This document shows positions 12,516 through 26,022 of a DNA stretch of 64,000 bases, one piece after another. Below the pieces are notes generated by a model. The model was given only the letters and a program-made list of their open reading frames with translations. It had not been told where the DNA came from and did not search any database. Position numbers and translations under genes: made by a program. Source of the stretch: Mobula hypostoma (taxonomy: Eukaryota); contig NC_086118.1 of the NCBI RefSeq assembly GCF_963921235.1, positions 14,200,001 to 14,264,000 on the forward strand. The letters run 5' to 3'. Numbering within the stretch: position 1 is the stretch's first letter; each line of letters opens with the position of its first letter.

Positions 12516-13504
12516 TCTATGAAAATTAAAAATTACTTAAAATTAAGAAATAATACAAACATGGTTATATGCAAACAGACAAATTTGGAGCAGCAATAGG
12601 TGATTCGTCCCCTCAAGGTTGATGCACCATTCAATCAGATCACGTCTGATACAATGGCAACCTTATCTCTCATTCCCATTTAACCCTGGCAAACTTGACT
12701 GGCCTTTTTAATGCAGATTGGTGACTATTCCGACAATGGTCCAGCTAGATGTACTGTGTAGCTAGCATAAAAATATGAAGTGTAATCATTCTACCTGCTC
12801 AGTAAATCCTGGAAAGTTGAGTCCAGGGAAGACAGTCAAGCCTCATCCATACTTCTCTGCACATCCTGCAGCTCACTGGTAATCACCTGCCGAGCCATTG
12901 ATTCACCTTCTGAGCAATCTGGAGCTGTGTGCAATAAAATTTCATAACTACTACGTAGATTGATTCTTACTAAAAGTATTTTTTTGTTTTTATCAGTCCA
13001 AAAAATAAGAAAACTCACCACTGAAGGAATACAATGAGGAATACCAGTTTAATTCCATGGATGGCATGTTTGCTATACAGGGGTGGATTAATGAGATTAG
13101 GCCTGTGTTCTGCAGGGTCTGCAAGAATGAAATTCGACATTTATAGAGCTCCTAAAGGGTGCAGAAGGCTTTAACTGCCTGAGGAGTGGTCACAGTTTCA
13201 GAATAAGAGACAAATTGTTTAGGACTGAGGTGAAGTAAAATTTCTTCTCTCAGTGGGTAGTAAAAGGGTGAAATTCTCTACTTCAGAACTCTATAGTGTC
13301 TCAGTCATTCAAAACAGAAGCTGACAGCTTTCTGGCTATATTAGAGGAATCAGGGGATATAAGTATTTTGCAAGAATGGTGATCTATGATCTAAATGAAC
13401 AGCAGAGCAGGTTTGAATGACCAGCAGAATAATCCTTTTCCTAATCCTAAAGTTCCTAGTTCTGCCCAGTACCCTGAAGCACATTATCTTTGATTTCCCA
13501 ATAG

Positions 13505-13804
13505 GTCAAAGCAGAATTGAAAATGCGTTGGCAATCCTGGCTGCTGGCAAATCACTTTGAAAGTTCTGGATGTATGGGCAAGCACTTCAAATACCTCGGA
13601 AAATGCTCCAAACCCAGGTCAAACAGTTACATTAACAGCAACAGCTACTGCTACAGCGACACCAGAACTTCCAGCGTGCAGCTGAGCATGGCCCCCATGT
13701 CAGACCAGCAGACACAGAAGGCCACCCCAGTGGAACAGTTTACCCAGACCAGTATCTGCGAGAGCAGTGAAGGGGATCTGGGAGTTGGTGAGAGTCAAAT
13801 CTAA
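13505..13804 (+). CDS. GLP2R: Glucagon-like peptide 2 receptor, last coding exon (helix 8 and cytoplasmic tail)
   Basis: ttcccaatAG | VKAELKMRWQSWLLANH...GKHFKYLGKC...SICESSEGD...ESQI-stop resembles human VKAELRKYW...GKDFRFLGKC...SECSEGD...ESEI. It lies tail-to-tail with RCVRN, as in human. Confidence 0.9.
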   Translation, partial: VKAELKMRWQSWLLANHFESSGCMGKHFKYLGKCSKPRSNSYINSNSYCYSDTRTSSVQLSMAPMSDQQTQKATPVEQFTQTSICESSEGDLGVGESQI

Positions 13805-15059
13805 GAGCCAAATTTAACATACAGTACTGAAGACTGAATGGTGTATAGGCCTTTAACGCAAGAAGTCAGTACGAACACGGCTCTTATTTGCTTTATGATG
13901 ATCTCTACATCCTGCTGTAAATATTAAATCATGCAAGTGATCTCACTGGTGCTTCAAATGCACACTTGGTACTGGTAATATTGTCTCTGTAACCACAGAA
14001 CAAGGACTTCACCAGGTTTGATTCTCAGTTAATGCTAAATCAGGTGACATCATCAGAAGTTCTGCAAATGGCTTCAGTGTGCATGGGTTCAGGAGAAGGA
14101 TGAGATTTGTGGAAAACATGTGGACTTTTGAGGGTGCCAGCAAAGGCAGTTCCAATTGCCTTTTGACTAACACTCATTGTGTCACCTTACACTGCTTCAA
14201 GTTAACACATTGCTTTGGAAGGTCTCAGAGAACTAGTTGGGAATCCCTTTTGGCTTTCCAACTGCAGGACAGTTAATTTTTCCAACACATACTTTGACAG
14301 CAAAACTCCTACTGCCTTCCTTCTGCCTCAAAATGAGAACAGTCATGATCCACACTTTTAGAAACAAGCACGGCTAGATACTATTATGTGATAAAGCAGC
14401 AATGGAAAATATCTTGTACATATTGTGCACTAGAGTAAACATTCCTCTCACTTCTTATAATACCAAGATATTTTACAATATAAAGAAAAATTACTAATTC
14501 CATGTATTTTAATACTGTAGGTGTGAATTTTCTTATAAAGTATGCCCTCTCTATGTTCAAATAAAAAAACTCAACCGTTTCACACATTAGCAGTTATTTT
14601 CATCAGTTTCTGTATTTCCATAATCATCTTAATACAGAAGTTATTGTCCATTTACAAAGCCACATTCAAAGGTGAAGACTGTTTGAAGATGATAGCCAGA
14701 AACTCCACTGCAACATATTAAAACATACCTTCTTGTTCAATTAGACTGAAATAGAAAAAAAGTTTAAAATCCACTGCTGAGTGTTAAGAAAGGCCTTGTG
14801 TCTATATACAACCATACTGCGTCTAAGAGCAGTTTACGATTGCAGGCCATTGCATCATTTTAATTAGATAAATGATCAGGAATTCAGTGACATTTGTTCC
14901 CCCTTAGCTCAATATCCCTGCAAATTATGACCAAACATATTTCAACACAAGAACCTGTTAGGAACTATTCGATGTAGCACTGAAGGAGATTTTCAAGAAA
15001 CTGGAAATTTGCAGTGCATGTCCAGAGAACAGAGAAGTAATCATTGAATGAGACTGGAA

Positions 15060-16080
15060 AAAGTAGTATGTTCTGGAAGTTTTATAGATTGGGCATTCGG
15101 GGATCACTTGACATGCAGCCTTACTGACAAGAAAATTCAGACACAGCAACCTACTAAGAAAAACCTAATTTTCAAGGGATTGCCCGTGATGGAAATGAAT
15201 GGCCTTCTCTACATTCCTGGAGTGTGAGCATCAAATAAGCAGCAAAAAGATGGCATTGGGAGTGTCCCTTTCCTTGACCCCAGTCTCAGATTTTGTCCTT
15301 ACAGAAAACAAACAGAAGACTTGTGTCACAAGAGCCTGAGACAATAGTACAGCTATGCTGAGAGCATCACAGAGGGGAGCCCCATACACTGGGGACCTGC
15401 ATGCACACTGGGCAACCCCAAGAGTTAACAATGTATCAACAGCCAAGGATGTGGAGTTATAAAAGCATAGAGATTAAAAGGTCATGGTAACAAGATCAAG
15501 CCACCTAGTGATATTGATACAGGAGTTTTATACAGATGTGTATTACTGGTATTAGTTGCAACACATCACCAGATGCTCCATTCAACTCCACTGAGGAACT
15601 CTTACAGACTCTTGGGCAAATATTATGCACAGTTTGGCACAAACAAATGGAGAAAAAGATTCCAATGATCCTGGCTAAGTGTATGAGACAACTGATAGGT
15701 AAGGATTGGCCATGGACACTGCACATTGACCATGTCTTGGCATAGTAACTGAGAACTTTAAGAAGCTTCGAACTGTGATATAGTTATCCCTTCACCATCT
15801 CAAGCTACAAAACCCATGAGGAAGGATTCAGACTCACACTAGCCTGGGTTCAAAGCCTACCTATTAGCCGAAAATAATTCCTTGCACCTTTATCCAAAGG
15901 TGGAGAATGAGCTGTAGAGGTAGAAGCAAAATAAGGTGCTTTTAAAAGTTCAGCACAGTGATGGGCAAACCCATTGATTGTCCGCTAGAAAGGTAAAAAC
16001 GTGCAGGTATATAGAGACTGCACAGACTAAGACTGCTCAATAATATCTACTGCCTATGTCACAAGATTAAGCAACAAATC
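15060..16080 (+). mobile_element. Ancient Ty3/Gypsy gag-pol remnant
   Basis: Broken motifs in the expected order: zinc-knuckle-like segment (~15070-15185), protease IDTG (~15512) and LIGKDW (~15692), RT start KVENEL...HSD.A.P (~15897-16010). Confidence 0.55.
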
Positions 16081-17403
16081 TGGCAAGCTCTCACTACGTT
16101 GGTAGCACAGCCTCCATTATGGCTGTGCACAGTTTTTTTCTGTGGGGAGTGGGGTGCTTAGATATTTATTTTATTTTCCTAATTGCCCTAGAGAAGATGA
16201 TTGTGAGCCATCTTTTTGAATCATTGCAGTCCTTCTGATAGGTGGGAGAGTGGTTACAGATTTGAACCCAGCATGCATGAAAGACCTGTGATAATTTTGC
16301 GAGTAAGAGTGGTATGTAGGTGGGAGATGATCTTGCAGGTGGTGGTAGCAGTAAAGTTTGTAGGTTTCAGAGGTGTAGAGACAAGTAACTTATATGCATT
16401 TTGTACATCATATGTTGGAGGGAATGGTTGGGAGGTTTATGGACACCAATCAAGCAGATTGCTTTGTCCTGGATGCTGTCAATCTTCTCGAGAGTGGTTG
16501 GAGTTGCAATTTCTCAGTTTCATTCAACATGCTCCTAGCTTGTACCTTGAAAGACTTATAGAGTAGCAGAAGGTGAATCACTCACTGAAAGATACCTGTG
16601 TCTGAGCTGCTTTTGAGATTCTGGATTCATGGCTGACCCTGATGAGATTCTGGTTAACCTGCGCTGCCCCATCTCTGCAACTGTGACACTATATTCTACA
16701 TTCTGTTTTATTTTCACTACTTTGGCAAAATTATGCATGAAATGGTCTGTCCGGATGCCATGAAAATCAAAAGTTTTTCACTGTTCCTATGTAAGCAACA
16801 ATAATACACTAAACCAATCAATAATGAATCTCAGGATGTTGATGCTGGGAGCTTAGCAAAAATATGGCATTAAATGTTAGCTTTAGATAGCTCGGACACT
16901 TTTGTTGGAATAACATTTGAACATTACTTTTCTGATAAGGTCTTGCTGCATGGAAGCAGGAGCTGCTTCATTTGCTGAAGAAAACAGAATATCGAACATA
17001 GAGCAATGCCGGACAAAAGCAGGCTCTCGGGCCCACGCGTTATGCTATCTAATTAAACTAATCCCTTTTGCCTGCACATGATTGATATCTATTCATTGCC
17101 TGGATATTCATGTACCTCTTCAATGCCACTATCATACTGCTTCCATGACAGCCTCTGGCAGCGTGTTCCAGGAACTAAACACTCGGTATAAACAATATCC
17201 CACACATGTCCCTTCAAACTTTCCCCCTTCACATTAAAGCTATGCTTTCTAGTATATTCATGTCTTCCTTGGCAAAAGGATTCTGGCTGTCTACCCTATC
17301 TAGGTCTCTCATCAGCTTCAGACATTCCAGAAATAACCACCTAAGTTTGTCCAACCTCCCCTTATAGCACAATTTCCCTCATTCATGAGCTAGACCTCAC
17401 TAG

Positions 17404-19025
17404 TTCCCCACCACCACCACCCTCCTCCGGTTGGCAGAACTAGTCCTCACACTTAATAACTTCTCTTTTGGCTCTTCCTACTTTCATCAGACCAAGGGTG
17501 TAGCTGTGGGCACTCACATGGGCCCCAGCTCTGCCTGCCTCTTCATTGGTTATGTGGAACAGTCTGTGCTCCAAACCTATTCTGGTGCTGCTCCCCAACT
17601 TTTCCTTCGCCACATTGATGACTACATTGGGGCTGCTTCCTGCACCCATGCTGAGCTCGTCAATTTCTTCAACTCTACTTCAAACTTCCATCCAGCCCTC
17701 AAATTCACTTGGTCTATCTCAGACACTTCTCTCCCCTTTCTAGGTCTCTCGATCTCCATCTCTGGAGACAGACTGTCCACTGACATCTTCTACAAGCCGA
17801 CTGACTCTCATAACTACCTCGACTATATCTCTTCCCACCCTGCTACATGCAAAAATGCTATTCCCTACTCCCAGTTCCTCCGTCTCCACCCCATCTGCTC
17901 CCAGGATGAGGCTTTCCATTCCAGGGCATCTCAAATATACTCTTTCTTTAAGGATCATGGTTTCCCTTCTGCCGTCATCAATGATGCCCTCACCTGCTTC
18001 TCCTCCATTTCCCGCACTTCGGCCCTCACCCCATCCTCCCGCCACCACAAAAGGGACAGAGTTCCCCTTGTCCTCACCTACCACCCCACCAGCCTCCGGA
18101 TCCAGCACATTATCCTCTGCAGCTTCCACCACTTTCAACAGGACCCCACCACTAAGCACATCCTTCCCTCGCCACCCCTCTCCGCTTTCCGCAGGGATCA
18201 TTCCCTCTGTGACTCCCTGGTCCACACGTCCCTCCCCACGGATCTCCCACCCGACACTTATCCCTGTAAGCGTAAGTGCTACACCTGTCCCTACATCTCT
18301 TCTCTTGCCACCATTCAGGGCCCCAAACAGTCCTTCCAGGTGAGGCAATACTTCACTTGTGAGTCTGTTGGGGTCATCTATTGCATCCGGTGCTCCCGGT
18401 GCGGCTTACTCTACATAGGTGAAACCCGATGCAGATTGGGGGACCGCTTCGTCGAGCACCTCCGCTCCGTCCGCCACAACAGACAGGATCTCCCGGTTGC
18501 CACCCCCTTCAAATCTGCTTCACATTCCCATTCGGATATGTCCATACATGGCCTCCTCTACCGCCATGATGAGGCTAAACTCAGGTTGGAGGAGCAACAC
18601 CTCATATACTGTCTAGGTAGTCTCCAGCCTCTTGGTATGAACATCGAATTCTCCAACTACCGGTAATTCCCTCCCCCTCCCTTCCCCTATCCCAGTTTCA
18701 CTCTGCCCCCTCCTCTAGCTGCCTATCACCTCCCTCATGGTTCCAGCTCCTTCTACTAACCCATTGTGCTTTCCCCTATTCCTTCTTCACCTTTCCTACC
18801 TTTCCCCTCCCTGCTTCCCCTCCCCCCACCACTTTATCTTTCCCCTTACTGGCTTTTCACCTGGAACCTACCAGCCTTCTCCTTCCCACCCTCCCCTCAC
18901 CTTATTTTTAGGGCCTCTGCCCCTTCCCTCTTCAGTCCTGATGCAGTGTCCTGGCCCAAAACGTTGACTAATAGTTTCCACAGATGCGGCCCGACCTACT
19001 GACTTCCTCCAGTGTGTTGTGAGTG
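17404..19025 (+). mobile_element. Penelope-like retroelement (Neptune-type), 5'-truncated: RT C-terminus, Cys linker, GIY-YIG endonuclease and pLTR
   Basis: 411-aa ORF 17431-18666 with GVAVGTHMGPS, RHIDD (degenerate YIDD), CKRKCYTC linker and VIYCIRC..CGLLYIGET. A pyrimidine-rich 3' region and a degenerate hammerhead follow at 18933-18969. The element sits inside a minus-strand CR1 fragment. Confidence 0.92.
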
Positions 19026-19764
19026 TAGCTATCCTGGTCAACCTCTGTGAACCCTCTCCGAAAGCCTCCACATTTTCCGTGTAATGCGGTGAAGAGTTGT
19101 GGAAACAACGGGAAATTGTGGAATTATTAGTGAGCACCCGCATTTCTGACCTAATAATGAAAGTACAATTTCAAGTAATTAGTATTTAATCATACTTGAA
19201 TATAGCCAAACAAAACAATGTTCCTCCAGGGCTAACATGCAAAGCACATTACCAACATCACACAAGACACATCACCTAGCACATATAACATTTATGTTTA
19301 CAACAGCAGAAAATCATACTGTCACAAAAATAATAATATAGTCCAAGTCCCCGAGTAGAATGGCCTGTAGATTGACCGAGCTTGTGTTGTCCTGGTCCAG
19401 CTGGTTCGTCCACCACGTGAACACTGGGGGGCAGCACTGACAGGGGGGAGCAGTGGCCGACCGAGTACAGATTCCAGCACTCCCACAGAAGCCTCTCCCA
19501 CACCACCTCCGGCGTCTTCTTCCCTGGGCAGCTGCAAGATGCAACCCAAATGTGGTCTCAGGATTGCATAGAAGATCATATGCCTACACCAGGCTACTTT
19601 GCAGAATTAGTCAGCCCAAAGATATTTCCATCCATAATTAACCAAGACAGATCTTTTTACTTTGATCTTGACCCTAAATTTGGTAAGGACAAAGTTACTC
19701 CTCATCTAGTCAACTTTCTGAAGTGCACCCCAGGAACATGCCGACAGAATCTGATCTGGTGGAG

Positions 19765-19950
19765 GAGTCTGGCAGCACAGTGGTTCAGACAGAGGCCTGC
19801 TGCCTCAAAAACACCAGAGACCCATGTCCAAACTTGACATCCGGTGCTTTCTAATGGAGCTTATACCTTCATTATGTGACCACATTGCTTTCCTTCGAGT
19901 GTTTTGTTTTTCTCTCACGTCACAATGATGTGCAGATTGGAAGGTTAATT
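19765..19950 (+). mobile_element. Degenerate tRNA-derived V-SINE (HE1-like)
   Basis: ggcagcacagtggtt A-box-like head, followed by a V-domain-like core shared with the copies at 28397 and 42210. Confidence 0.55.
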
Positions 19951-21949
19951 GAAATCACAAGTGTAGTTGGTATTCCGATAGCTCAACGTGGAATTGTCAT
20001 GTTATTCTATAAAATTAATGAAGTTCTTGCTCCTGTGATAGCATTTCAGCATGAATAATGCAAATGACTTTCCTTAGTGTTCACTTAACTCTCTTTCTTC
20101 AATGACTTGCAGCCAGCATACTGTATATGATGCCTGAGTAGTTTGGCTCCTTCCTAAAGATATGACTAAGAACTGCAAAGGCATGATAAAGCTTTGGAGT
20201 GACAGCTTTCGTTGATGCAGTACTGACAATTTCTACAACAAAAAGACTGTTACAGGCCTTGACAATCATTGGCAAATGATCACCAGAATGTTGATCAAGA
20301 AAATCAACACGACATTAACTACAACCTGAGGATTAACACATATTCTGATAGATTTCATAGTGTTGGAGACAATGTGTTAAAAAATACTCTGTTATTGAGA
20401 ACCGTAATAGTTGTCATGATTCATGAGCAATGCCCATATCACATTTTATTAGCAAATGGGGGATGACAAAGTGATTAGTTCATAGCACAATTCAGAATGC
20501 ACTGCAATCATAAGTTCATAATGAACTTAGTGTAGATCTTGCAGAGCACAAACAACATCACTGGAGAGTGCACCTTTTCTAAGCTTTGTTCTGTTTTTGT
20601 GATTGAATTGCAGTTTTACATGAGCATGGATAACATTTTGCTTCATTGCAGCTTTGACTTTTCTTAGTATTCTTTTTTTGGACACTGGATTCCTACTCAC
20701 ATAATCAGAATGCTGTTCTGTAACATTTTATTCATAGCTAGTAGGGTAGACTGTTAGTACTGTGTATATGATCCCTACAAAGTGAAGCACAGATGTTATG
20801 TTTTAAATAAGAAGAAAGTCACTTCAACTGAGTTGACTTGGAATACTGAGATGACATCATTGGAGTAGAATATCTTCTTGTAATGAAAACATTCCCCAAA
20901 CTGCCAAAGGTGTTAGATCTTGGTGTTTCCTCATTGAATTGAAATAGGATGAAAGACAGGATTGTCAAAAGTTTGCTCACTCTTCACATTGTCAGAGGAA
21001 TGTTTATTAACCAGGAAGTTGAACCATGAGTTGTAAATGTTTAACTTGACACAATCAGAACATTAAATAACTAATATGTACTCAGGATATTCAGAATTGT
21101 TGTTAATTTCTGCATCGACTTTAACGTTTAGAGTTACAGAGTTCTAGAGACATACAGCATGAAAGCAGATTCTTCAGACCATCCAGTATATCAATCCAAT
21201 GCACGTCCCATTGACCTTCTGAACCTTTTCCATCCAAACACCTCTCCATGTATCTTATAAACTTTGTCAACCCTTTCCCATGACAGCTCATCCCACATGG
21301 AGTACATACCACCTTTTGTGTAAAAAATTGCCCCTTGAGTTTCTATTATTCCTTTTCCCTTTCACCATAAACTGCTACCCTCCAGTTCTTGATTCCCCAA
21401 GCCTGGGTAGTAAAATATTGAGTGCAGTCACCTGATGTATGCCCCTCATGATTTTATGCACCTCTATAAGCCATCCTTCTGCAATGGGTTCGCAATGGCT
21501 ACAGAGAAAGTGCAGTGTAGGTAAACAGTAAAGTGCAAGATAATAACAAGGTGAAAGATTGTGAGGTCAAGAATCCATTTTATTGTACTAGGGAACCAAT
21601 TAGAAGTCTAATTACGGATGGGTAGAACTTGTCCTTGAGCCTGATAGTATGTGCTTTCAAGCTTTTGTATCTTCTGTCCAATGGAAGAAGGGGGAAGAGA
21701 GATCACATGGGATGGGTGTGGATTTGATTACGCTGGCTGCTTACTGAGGCAGCAAGAAGTATAGGGTCCGTAGAGGGGAAGCTGGTTTCCTTGATGTGCT
21801 GAGCTGTGTCCACAGCTCCCTGTAGTTTCTTTTGGTCACAGGCAAAACTGTAATTATACCAAGCTATTATGCATCTAGAAAGGATGCTTTCTATGGTGCA
21901 ACAGAAGAAAAATTGGTAAGGGTCAATGGAGACATTCCTTGTGACATCC

Positions 21950-22175
21950 GTGGAAATGATGAGTCAACTTTTCGGGCCGGAACCCTTCATCAAGACTGAA
22001 GCGGGAAGGGACAGAGGCCCTATAAAAAAGGTGGGGGGAGGGTGGGAAGGAGAAGGCTGGTAGGTTCCAGGTGAAAAGCCAGTAGGGGGAAAGACAAAAG
22101 GGTGGGGGAGGGGAAACAGGGAGGTGATAGGCAGGAAGTGTGAAGAAGGAATAGGGGAAAACACAATGAGGAGCA
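21950..22175 (-). mobile_element. Penelope 3'/pLTR fragment with hammerhead-like motif
   Basis: Reverse complement of the 18760-18985 region; minus strand reads CAGTC-TTGATGA-AGGGTTCCGGCCC-GAAAAGTT-GACT. Confidence 0.85.
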
Positions 22176-24069
22176 TTGAGATGTGGTTCATGGGTCAAAG
22201 AATGATTGAATGGATTTGATTGACTTGTTATTATCAGATAGAGTGAAAAGCTTTTATTTATGTTTACACGTCATCCAGTCAGATCACGTCATACATAAAT
22301 AGATTGAGGTCACAAAAAGGAAGCAGAATGCAAAAATAAATTCAAGGACCGTGTGAGGTGGACTGGGAGATTAAGAATTCATCTGTAGTGAATGAGAGGC
22401 CCATTCAACAGTCTGATAACGGCTGGATAAAAGCTGTCCTTGAGCCTGGTGGCACATGCTTTCAGGTGTTTGTATCAGGAGATGGGAAAATAAAGAATGA
22501 CCAGGGTTGGAAAGATCCCCAGTTAAGTTGGCTGCTTTCTTCAGGCAGCATGAAGTTTAGACCGAGTCAGTGGATGTCAGGCTGGTTTGCATGAAGGTAT
22601 ATCCACAACTTTACAATTCCCTGTGGTCTTCGGTAGAGCAATTGCCATGCCAAGCTGTGCTGAAGGAAATACAGGGTATGACTACAGCATTTTTAATCAC
22701 AGAGGCACCTTCTTCAAGAAACATACAAGACTGCAGAAGCTGAAATCTGGAGCGAAAATGTGATTTGGGTCAAGCAGCACATAGGGAGGCAAAGGAATGG
22801 TTGCAATTTTGGTTTGAGACCTTGCATCAGGACTGAAGGCATAGAGGGATTAAATAAAACAGAGATGGGTCGATGATATGTGGAAGCAAATGAAGTGGGA
22901 TGTGATGGGCTAGTGCATCCAGGTGGGGGAGAGGGGAGGGGAGGTTAGGAAAGAGGCTGAAGGGTGATTGGTGGAAATAGATAGCAATGGGGGAGGTGGT
23001 GCGATTAAGCAGATGGAAGAGGGTGAAGGATAGGAGAGGAAGGATAGCAACAAGGGCTGGTGAGTGATAAATGGAAACATAAGGGAAGTCGGATTGTTTA
23101 TATCATGAGATTGTAGCCTGCAAGTCAGTGCTATGAAAAATGTATTCTCCATTTTCAGGTACCCCGATCCCCCTGTGTTCCTTTCCTACTCCCATACAGC
23201 CTCTCTCCTATTATTCACCTTGTCCATATCCAACCCCTCCATTACCCGGACTCATCACCCTCCCCCATCAGTTTCCATCTACCCACCACCCCACACGTAT
23301 TCTCGTGGGTTTCTTCTCCCCGGATTGCCTCCACAACCCGACTCCACCTCCCCATCATCTGCCTCTCGCAAGCCAAGGTAACAGACAAGGTAGCTGCCAT
23401 ATTTAGTTTGCTGCTGACACTATTGTTGTTAGCCGAATTAAAGGTGAAGACAAATCAACATTTAGGAAGCATATTAAAAATCTTGTTGAATGGTTCCATA
23501 ACAATAACCTGTCACTCAGCATCAGCAAAACCAAAGAAATTGGAGGTTCATGAACCATAAAACCAAAGGGCCATAAGATATAGGGGCAGAATTAGGTGTC
23601 TTGGCCCATGAAGTTTGCCCATCATTCCATTAAAGCTCATTTATTATCCCTCCCAAACACATTCCACTGCCTTCTCACCCAGAGAGTAGTGGGTGACTGG
23701 AATGCACTGCCCTGGGTGGTGATAGAGGCAAATACATTAGGAACCTTTAAAAGATGTTTAGATAGGCACATGAATGTGAGGAAAATGGAAGGATATAGAC
23801 GTTGTGTAGGCAGAAGAGATTGGTTTAGTTGGCTGGTTGATTACTAATTTAAATGGCCTGCTCCTGTGTTGTAATGTTTTATGTTCCATAATAAACAGGG
23901 CAGGTTCCCACTTACTCTGCCTCTAGACATCAGTATCAAAGTTATTCCTACAAAATCAGCTCTGGCACCCAATGCTATAGAAATGTGCAAATGATAAATA
24001 CACACATAGCAAGAATCTGTTAGCAATTGTGAACCCAAATGCGTGGCAATTCAGGAGCTTTAAAACATT

Positions 24070-24361
24070 CTTACTTACTGCCTGTTACACCACTGACACT
24101 TAGGGCAGCAATGAAGGTCCTCCATCTCTATCTGTCCTTGGCTTTCTTCATTGCCGTTTCTGTAACAATTTTTATTTTACCATGAACCTGGAGGACCGGT
24201 GGACCACTCTAAGTCTGGCCTCTACCCTTTGACCTGTTTGGGATGGGTGACCCTACCAAGAGTCAAAGCACAAGGCCCTGACTCCAGCCAACATAACTCT
24301 CCACCTCATTGAGACACAAAGGCCTCCAAACCGTACGATAAGGTTGTGGTCCTCTTGGAGG
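24070..24361 (-). mobile_element. Short non-autonomous RTE-derived element, second copy
   Basis: Colinear with 4961-5293 and carrying an internal deletion; (TAAG)n tail. Confidence 0.65.
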
Positions 24362-25199
24362 TTTAAAGATAACATGTAGTTAAATAGAAATAAAAAAATC
24401 TGAAGATGTTGAAAATATGAAATAAAGTCAGAAAATATTGAAGACATCTGAAACATTAATTATATTTCTCTTTCTGCAGCTGCTACTTCACCTGCTGAGT
24501 GTTTCCAGCATGCTCTGTTCATGTTTTAGACTTCCAGCATCAGCAGCTTATTTTAATTTCTACCTACTGTTAAATTCACAGCTACATCTCTCCCTGATCA
24601 CCCAAACTGGGACTTCACCATTCTCCAGTGAATCGGATTTCCATCTGCCCCTTTGATCTTGTCCATTTCTGTTACGTTCCCTGCCTATTGTAAGGTATGG
24701 ACCAAAAATATCCTGCACTGACACAACTCATTCCAGAGCAATTGTCTTCAGCGGTTCAGATGAGGAGACACAGAGCAAACACTTCATTATTGTTTCAGTC
24801 TACACAGATGCTGCCTGACCTGCTGAGAATTTCCAGCATTTACTGTACATGTAACTGAAACACACCTTGAGTTTCCAGGTTGGCATTCTTCACATTCTTT
24901 ACATTCTGCTTGGCAACAGTTTTCTTTGTAAATGTCTAATGGCAATAGATGACTGGCAATGCCATATAGAGACTGCTCACAACATTCCATTCAGTGCATT
25001 GGCAGAAATGGTGCATTCTTGTCATTCTTGCCCATATAAGCTACATGAAAGCAGAATGCAAATATTGTGCATTACACAACATCAGAAAGAGTCATTGTGA
25101 CTCCTTTGCAGAATGGTAAGGGCAAGATGTTAAAATGTCTGCCTGCAGTGCTTATATAAAGAAGTAGCAGATGGAATACAGTGTGGGGAAGTGTTTGGT

Positions 25200-26022
25200 C
25201 ACGTACTTGGGCAGAAGAAATGAAAGTGTTTTCTAAATGGTGTTTCCCCCCTTTTCTAAATGGAGTGAAAATACAAAAAAACTGAGGCACAAATATACTT
25301 GGGAGTCCTTGTGCAGGATCCTTTAAAGGTTAATTTGCAGGTTGAGTCTGTGGTGAGAAAGGTAAATGTGATGTTAGCGTTCATTTCAAGAGGACTAAAA
25401 CATAAAAGCAAGGATGTAATATTGAGACTTTATAAAGCACTGGTGAGGCCTCACTTGGAGTGTTGTGAGCAGTTTTATCTTAGAAAGAATGTGCTGAAAC
25501 TGGTCATGGTTCAAAGGAGGTTCACGAAAATTATTCCAAGATTGCACAGATTGGCATATGAAGAGAGTTTGATGGCTCTGGACCTGTATTCACTGGAATT
25601 CAGAAGAATGAGGGGGTGACCTAATTGTAACCTAATGAATGGTGAAAGGCCTTGATAGAGTGGATACGGAGAAGATGTTTCCTATGGTGGGAGGGTCTAA
25701 GACCAGAGGCTACAGCTTCAGAATAGGGTGGCATCCTTTCAGAATGGAGAAGAGGAGTAATTTCTTTAGCCTGACAGGGATGAATCTGTGATATTTGTTG
25801 CCACACACAGCTGTGGAGGACAAGTCTTCATGTACATTTAAGGCAGAGGTGGATAGATTCTTGACTGGTCAGGGCATGAGTGGATATGGGGGCGGGGGGG
25901 AGCGAATGCAGAGGCGGGATATTAGGACTGAGAGGAAAAATGGATCGGCCATGATGAAATGGCAGAGCAAACTCAATGGGCCAAATAGCCAAATGTTCCT
26001 ATATTTCATGGTCTTGTGGTCT
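25200..26022 (+). mobile_element. CR1 LINE 3' fragment
   Basis: LYKALVRPHLECCEQF...LYSLEFRRMRG (25299-25619); TGGTCTT-type tail. Confidence 0.88.

Noticed and set aside
17740..18348. Antisense and alternate-frame ORFs (202 and 162 aa) over the Penelope element
   Set aside because: These are shadow ORFs of a C-rich coding strand; the same applies to antisense ORFs over the CR1 and Rex copies.
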